A DNA stretch of 40,349 nt, from contig NC_068987.1 of assembly GCF_001194135.2 (NCBI RefSeq), positions 52,202,490 to 52,242,838 of the forward strand. The letters are read 5' to 3'. Of this stretch, positions 34,981-40,349 are shown one piece after another (position 1 is the stretch's first letter; every line of letters begins with the position of its first letter). This DNA is from Octopus bimaculoides. Lineage: Eukaryota. The notes beneath the pieces were generated by a model. That model ran no database searches, was not told where the DNA came from, and worked only from the letters and a program-made list of their open reading frames with translations. A program made the position numbers and the translations under genes.

Positions 34981-35804
34981 AATATATATACGCATCTATA
35001 TATATATACATAGATATATATATATACATACATACATACATACATATATATATACATATATATNNNNNNNNNNNNNNNNNNNNNNNNNNNNNNNNNNNNN
35101 NNNNNNNNNNNNNNNNNNNNNNNNNNNNNNNNNNNNNNNNNNNNNNNNNNNNNNNNNNNNNNNNNNNNNNNNNNNNNNNNNNNNNNNNNNNNNNNNNNNN
35201 NNNNNNNNNNNNNNNNNNNNNNNNNNNNNNNNNNNNNNNNNNNNNNNTATATATATGCATATACGGAAAGATAGAGAGAAAAATAGATAGATAGATAGAT
35301 GGATGGAATCCTTGAAAGAAAGACAGGAAGAAAGTATCAAGGAAAGATAGATAAATTCAGAGATATGAAAATTTATGTACGTGTCTTACGTGTTTGTACA
35401 TTTAGTTATTGATTTAGGCATTCACCAGATGCAATGCCTGCATGTTTTATCTCAGTGTACGTTACGTTTACGCATGCAAGTATAGGTGAATCCTGTTGCC
35501 TGTATAAACCATGCGTGCGGAATTATTATAACTCGCAATCTAATAGTATTAAATTGATTCCGCTCTTCTATATCATTTATCGAAACTAAAGGATATGAAA
35601 TAAAATCAACGTACTTATATATGATTGTAAAAATATATTTTGATTTCTATACAGTACTCTCTATAAACGAGATATTTTAAAAATTCCACTCCGCCTTTTC
35701 AGCTGTTTGATTTAGGTCAATTGTTGCGTTCTCCAACATCCTTATCATTAATATCCATCTCCACATTCATTCTTTAATTGTACAATCAATCGACTTCTAT
35801 TTAT

Positions 35805-35829
35805 TTATAATAATACCGATAATAATAAC

Positions 35830-35906
<77 letters not shown>

Positions 35907-35939
35907 TAATAATAATAATAATAATAATAAAAATAAAAC

Positions 35940-35990
<51 letters not shown>

Positions 35991-36016
35991 CATAATAATA
36001 ATAATAACAATAATAA
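35805..36016. repeat. Long (AAT)n microsatellite
   Basis: Directly visible. Confidence 0.97.
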
Positions 36017-37082
36017 TTCTGTAACTAATAATTTTTACTTCTATAATTCATTGAATTTTGTTTTTATTGGAGTCGGCCTCTATGAATTTAGTTATTATTG
36101 TGAATTTCTCTTTTTTTTAAAGTATATATTTTTGGATGTTTAATGCACTCATCTTCTGCGTCAAACAGAAAAGGTAGAAAGATGTGAGGGAAACTTGTAA
36201 CTCCTTCGCATCATCACGAATATCAACTCTACGATTGTAAAGCTTACCCGTTCACCAAACAACAACAGCAAGAAACAGTCGAAATCAATCCACTTTTAGT
36301 ACCGCAACCAAAATTACCACCGACATACTTTCCATCAATTTTAGTATCATAAGCATTTACATCACCCACAGCATCTTTTTAATCTAACAATCTCTTACTC
36401 ATAATCCTTACTCTCCGATTCCTCCATTTTCCTTCCCCTTCTTTTATTTGTCTTAATTATTCCAATCATGACCATCATCGCCATCATCATCATTATTGTC
36501 GTCGTCGTCATCATTCGGAACAAGTAAGTATTCATCTTAATAATTTTGAACGGCATCACCTTAACTGCTCTCTTTCATAATTATTGGTATTTAATCATTA
36601 TTTTCCACTCTCTAATAATCTGTTCTGACCAAATATTAAATATGAAATATGCCAAATATCCGTACATTCCTGCTAAATGGCTTAAAATGGAATAGGACAT
36701 TTAATATTCTTTACTAGAATATCTTATAAAAATGTAAGATTACAGGAATAGCGCGCTATGAAGACGTAACAAAAATTAAAGCAATATATTAACAGATGCA
36801 ACAATAATGTGGAAAAGAATAGCACAAACTACATCCTTACGTAAGAAAATGCACCGTTTTATACGCATCCCTCTCCGTGACACAATCTCTCGCAGCCTGA
36901 CGACAGGCGGCTTACTACTGACCGCTGCTCAGAAGAATTTTGGTTTAAGAGATTTATATTGATATTTTTTCATTTTTTTTTGTTACAGAAAGACCGTAAG
37001 AGATGCTTTCACAGGAAATATATTGCAGAGATGCGTCTATCGATAGTGTGTATAGAATAAGAATGTTATATAGGTCTGTATG

Positions 37083-37120
<38 letters not shown>

Positions 37121-37964
37121 TATATATATATANNNNNNNNNNNNNNNNNNNNNNNNNNNNNNNNNNNNNNNNNNNNNNNNNNNNNNNNNNNNNNNNNNNN
37201 NNNNNNNNNNNNNNNNNNNNNNNNNNNNNNNNNNNNNNNNNNNNNNNNNNNNNNNNNNNNNNNNNNNNNNNNNNNNNNNNNNNNNNNNNNNNNNNNNNNN
37301 NNNNNNNNNNNNNNNNNNNNNNNNNNNNNNNNNNNNNNNNNNNNNNNNNNNNNNNNNNNNNNNNNNNNNNNNNNNNNNNNNNNNNNNNNNNNNNNNNNNN
37401 NNNNNNNNNNNNNNNNNNNNNNNNNNNNNNNNNNNNNNNNNNNNNNNNNNNNNNNNNNNNNNNNNNNNNNNNNNNNNNNNNNNNNNNNNNNNNNNNNNNN
37501 NNNNNNNNNNNNNNNNNNNNNNNNNNNNNNNNNNNNNNNNNNNNNNNNNNNNNNNNNNNNNNNNNNNNNNNNNNNNNNNNNNNNNNNNNNNNNNNNNNNN
37601 NNNNNNNNNNNNNNNNNNNNNNNNNNNNNNNNNNNNNNNNNNNNNNNNNNNNNNNNNNNNNNNNNNNNNNNNNNNNNNNNNNNNNNNNNNNNNNNNNNNN
37701 NNNNNNNNNNNNNNNNNNNNNNNNNNNNNNNNNNNNNNNNNNNNNNNNNNNNNNNNNNNNNNNNNNNNNNNNNNNNNNNNNNNNNNNNNNNNNNNNNNNN
37801 NNNNNNNNNNNNNNNNNNNNNNNNNNNNNNNNNNNNNNNNNNNNNNNNNNNNNNNNNNNNNNNNNNNNNNNNNNNNNNNNNNNNNNNNNNNNNNNNNNNN
37901 NNNNNNNNNNNNNNNNNNNNNNTATATAATCAAAATGAGCAACACGGATTTTAAAGATGATTGT

Positions 37965-38050
37965 AGTACGCACGTTTCATGCTACTCCATTTATTTAAGT
38001 AATGCGAGCATTACATTAAATGCAATATGTAGAGCAATCTTCAGCTGCAC
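37965..38050 (-). ncRNA. Hammerhead-like motif, fourth family, with long branched helix II (degenerate)
   Basis: CUGAAGA (38044-38038), UUGCUCUACAU..AUGGAGUAGCAU (imperfect stem), GAAAC (37978-37974), GUG. Internal perfect 7-bp hairpin GTAATGC-ga-GCATTAC at 37999-38014. Confidence 0.5.
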
Positions 38051-39389
38051 GAAAATGCAGAAAATTGCAGTAGAATACACATATTATAATAGTGGCAACA
38101 TTTCAAATCCAAGTTGGAAGAAGAATACATAAAAATCCATCTTGACATAGCCAAGGCTATCAGGCTAGTAATTGGTTCTAGGCAGAAATTCTAACTGTCT
38201 CTCATTTTATTGTCTCTTATCTAGTAGTTATAATATACGGGACAACCAACTTCTAAGGAAAGGGAAGATGTAAGCATTATGCATGGACATAGCTATAAAG
38301 GATATGGTTATAAAGGTTTTTCTGGTCAGAGTGGCAACACTATTATAGGTCGGGGTTTTTTACTACTATCAACATGTTGAAGAATTAAACCCTAAGCATA
38401 TAGGTCAAACAGGGCTTTATCTTTAGTCTGAATAGAGCATCAGTATTGTTTTACAGATATCAATATTAGTTTAAACAATATTTTAATGATAAGAAGTATG
38501 TTAATAATAATAAAATGTTATGTAATTTGTTTTTACAAAAATCATGAAGTAATGTCAGTATTGATTTCAGAGGCTATAGATAAGGTGTAAAGTCTAAGGA
38601 TATTATGTATATTGGGCTTTGGAAAACTACTTTGAATTATTTTTTAAATGATTTTAAAATTTAAGCTGATATATATAATAATATTATTTTGAAGACACAT
38701 AAATGTAAGCTTTATTTTTATAATGTGAAGAAGAATTAGTATAGGATTTATATAGTTTATGATAATGGGTTTAATAAGGTTTAAGGGACAAAAAAAGAAA
38801 AAAGGATATCAGGAATTAACAAGGACATCCAATACAGACACATGATAATTGATTAATAGTTTCATTAGTCATGAATTTGTTTTAAGACTAACATGGGCTA
38901 ATTAAAGAATATTAATTGAATAAGGATTATATTTATTTTGGGCATAAGGATTAGATTTATTTAAGTTAAAAATACAAGATAAACAAGACAATATCGTTGC
39001 AAGCCCTGAAATAATGTAAAATAATAATGATCCTTTTAAAGTCAAGCATTAAATATAATAAATAAAACTTAAATTAGGGGAACTAATTAAAAATCATTTA
39101 GAACTTATGAAAATTTCCTATTCTTATAAGCTATATACGGTTAAGATATATATTAAGAATTAACAGCATTAGCAGAAGTGGTGTGAAAATATATCTTCTA
39201 TGGAGTAAAGTTGAAATCTTATTTACCACAAGTAGATTATATGTTAAGGTGAGGGATCAGGAATATATGTTATAAAGGTTAAAATTCCAATTTAAAATAT
39301 GTGCTAATTAATAGCCCTAAATGACCATGGTAGAAGTTAAAATATTATATTTTGATAATTTTAAACTGCTTTTTAAACTACTTTTTAAA

Positions 39390-39800
39390 ATATTTAAAAG
39401 TGCGAGTAGAGCAGTGTACAGACGATACCCTAAGGTCTAATTTATTATTGATTAGATTAGGATTATTTCTAAGTCAAAAAAATTTCATATATTTCCATAG
39501 AACACAATTCACATCCATATCTACTATTTCTATAAGGTTGAGCTTTTCTTATAATTTCCCATTTAAGGCTAAAATTAATACCATTATCTTTTAACTCCCA
39601 AATTTTACTTGCTAATGTCGTACTATTTGCCTTATGTCTTAGTCTAAAAGAAGACCTATGGTTATATATTCTCTGTTTCACATTAATACTACATCCTATG
39701 TAAATATAATTCTCGGTTATTGTACTAATAATGCATCTGTACACTACATTACGGGTGCAACAATTTCCTAATAAGGGACAATGGGACTTATTTCTGAAGT
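39390..39800 (-). pseudogene. GIY-YIG endonuclease domain of the Penelope-like element
   Basis: VVYRCIISTITENYIYIGCSINVKQRIYNHRSSFRLRHKANSTTLASKIWELKDNGINFSLKWEIIRKAQPY..CELCSMEIYEI, then after a frameshift NPNLINNKLDL..VHC. Confidence 0.88.
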
Positions 39801-40349
39801 TGCACCTAGTGGGGCTATCAACCCACCTATATTATTTCTAATATCTCTATTATTATTATTAGAAGTATTTACACTAATATTATTTATCAATTCCCCAATT
39901 CTAGTATTAGGTATATTTTGATCATTTCCATCATTATTTAACTCGTTTCCTGATGTGATATCAGTTAGAATTATTCTTCCAGCATTAGGCATATTGATTT
40001 TATATGAACTAGGTCCCTGATTCCTATTATTTTCATTGGAGTTGAGCCTATCATCAACTTCAGTTAAAACCTCAACATCATTACAGCTGCATTCTATTTG
40101 TTGGTTAAAATTATGGTTGGCAGGACTAAGCATATTATTATTATCCTCATAATTTCTATTGTCATTGTTATTTTCACTTCTATTTATATAATTATTAGCA
40201 GTATAATTATTGGTATTTGTTAGATTATTATTTGTAGTCATATAACCATATCCACTATTTTAAACTTCATTTATTCTAGCTGACCTAATGTTCTTTTTGT
40301 TTAACCTAGCTATGATTGTAACTACATTAGGAAGGGTAGAGTAAGAAAT

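Larger units (their letters stand above)
37925..40349 (-). mobile_element. Penelope-like element (GIY-YIG type with Cys-rich linker), 3' portion, pseudogenised; continues beyond the window
   Basis: Minus strand: ISYSTLPNVVTIIARLNKK (post-RT motif, 40349 inward); Asn-rich ORF 39768..40241; frameshift to RCNFRNKSHCPLLGNCCTRNVVYRC; GIY-YIG domain; about 1.35 kb of AT-rich 3' region; hammerhead-like motif at 37965-38050. The 3' boundary is inferred from that motif. Confidence 0.85.

Noticed and set aside
36248-36380. Minus-strand open segment DAVGDVNAYD..SCCCCLVNG with donor GG|gtaagc
   Set aside because: Lacks a pyrimidine-rich acceptor and lies in decayed GAT/GTT/GGT trinucleotide sequence.
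825-38132. Many long ORFs in the track containing X runs or poly-YI/CV/HT/I/N/L tracts
   Set aside because: They are read-through of N gaps and microsatellites, not coding sequence.
37934-38132. Plus-strand 66-aa ORF MSNTDFKDD...KKNT
   Set aside because: Antisense to the Penelope 3' end and hammerhead; no independent coding evidence.
1-40349. CRISPR arrays, rRNA genes, prokaryotic operons or defence systems
   Set aside because: None seen; the window is eukaryotic repeat-rich DNA, and the 60-bp repeat has no unique spacers.

Overview
AT-rich, microsatellite-dense eukaryotic DNA from a draft assembly with 13 N-gaps (about 5 kb), each flanked by simple repeats. The repeat families (tRNA-derived SINEs, Penelope-like elements, R4-clade LINEs) suggest a coleoid cephalopod, most likely Octopus; this is inferred from repeat content. 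No complete host gene could be identified, only a few low-confidence candidate exons, so the window is probably intronic or intergenic. Well-supported content: a degenerate Penelope-like element with a GIY-YIG endonuclease (about 37925-40349, minus); a two-part R4/Dong-type RLE LINE (20230-23345, minus); an L1/Tx1-type ORF1 with a CCHC knuckle and no visible ORF2 (about 11525-13250, minus); an internally deleted Tc1/mariner; an LTR-like sequence; two further LINE fragments; and many SINEs. The most notable signal is a set of minimal hammerhead-ribozyme motifs from four unrelated repeat families. One of these families is a three-copy element built as tRNA-like Pol III head + (AAT)n + Penelope-type hammerhead tail, i.e. 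a candidate ribozyme-bearing SINE mobilised by Penelope-like elements. All translations, alignments and folds were done by eye; nothing was searched against databases.
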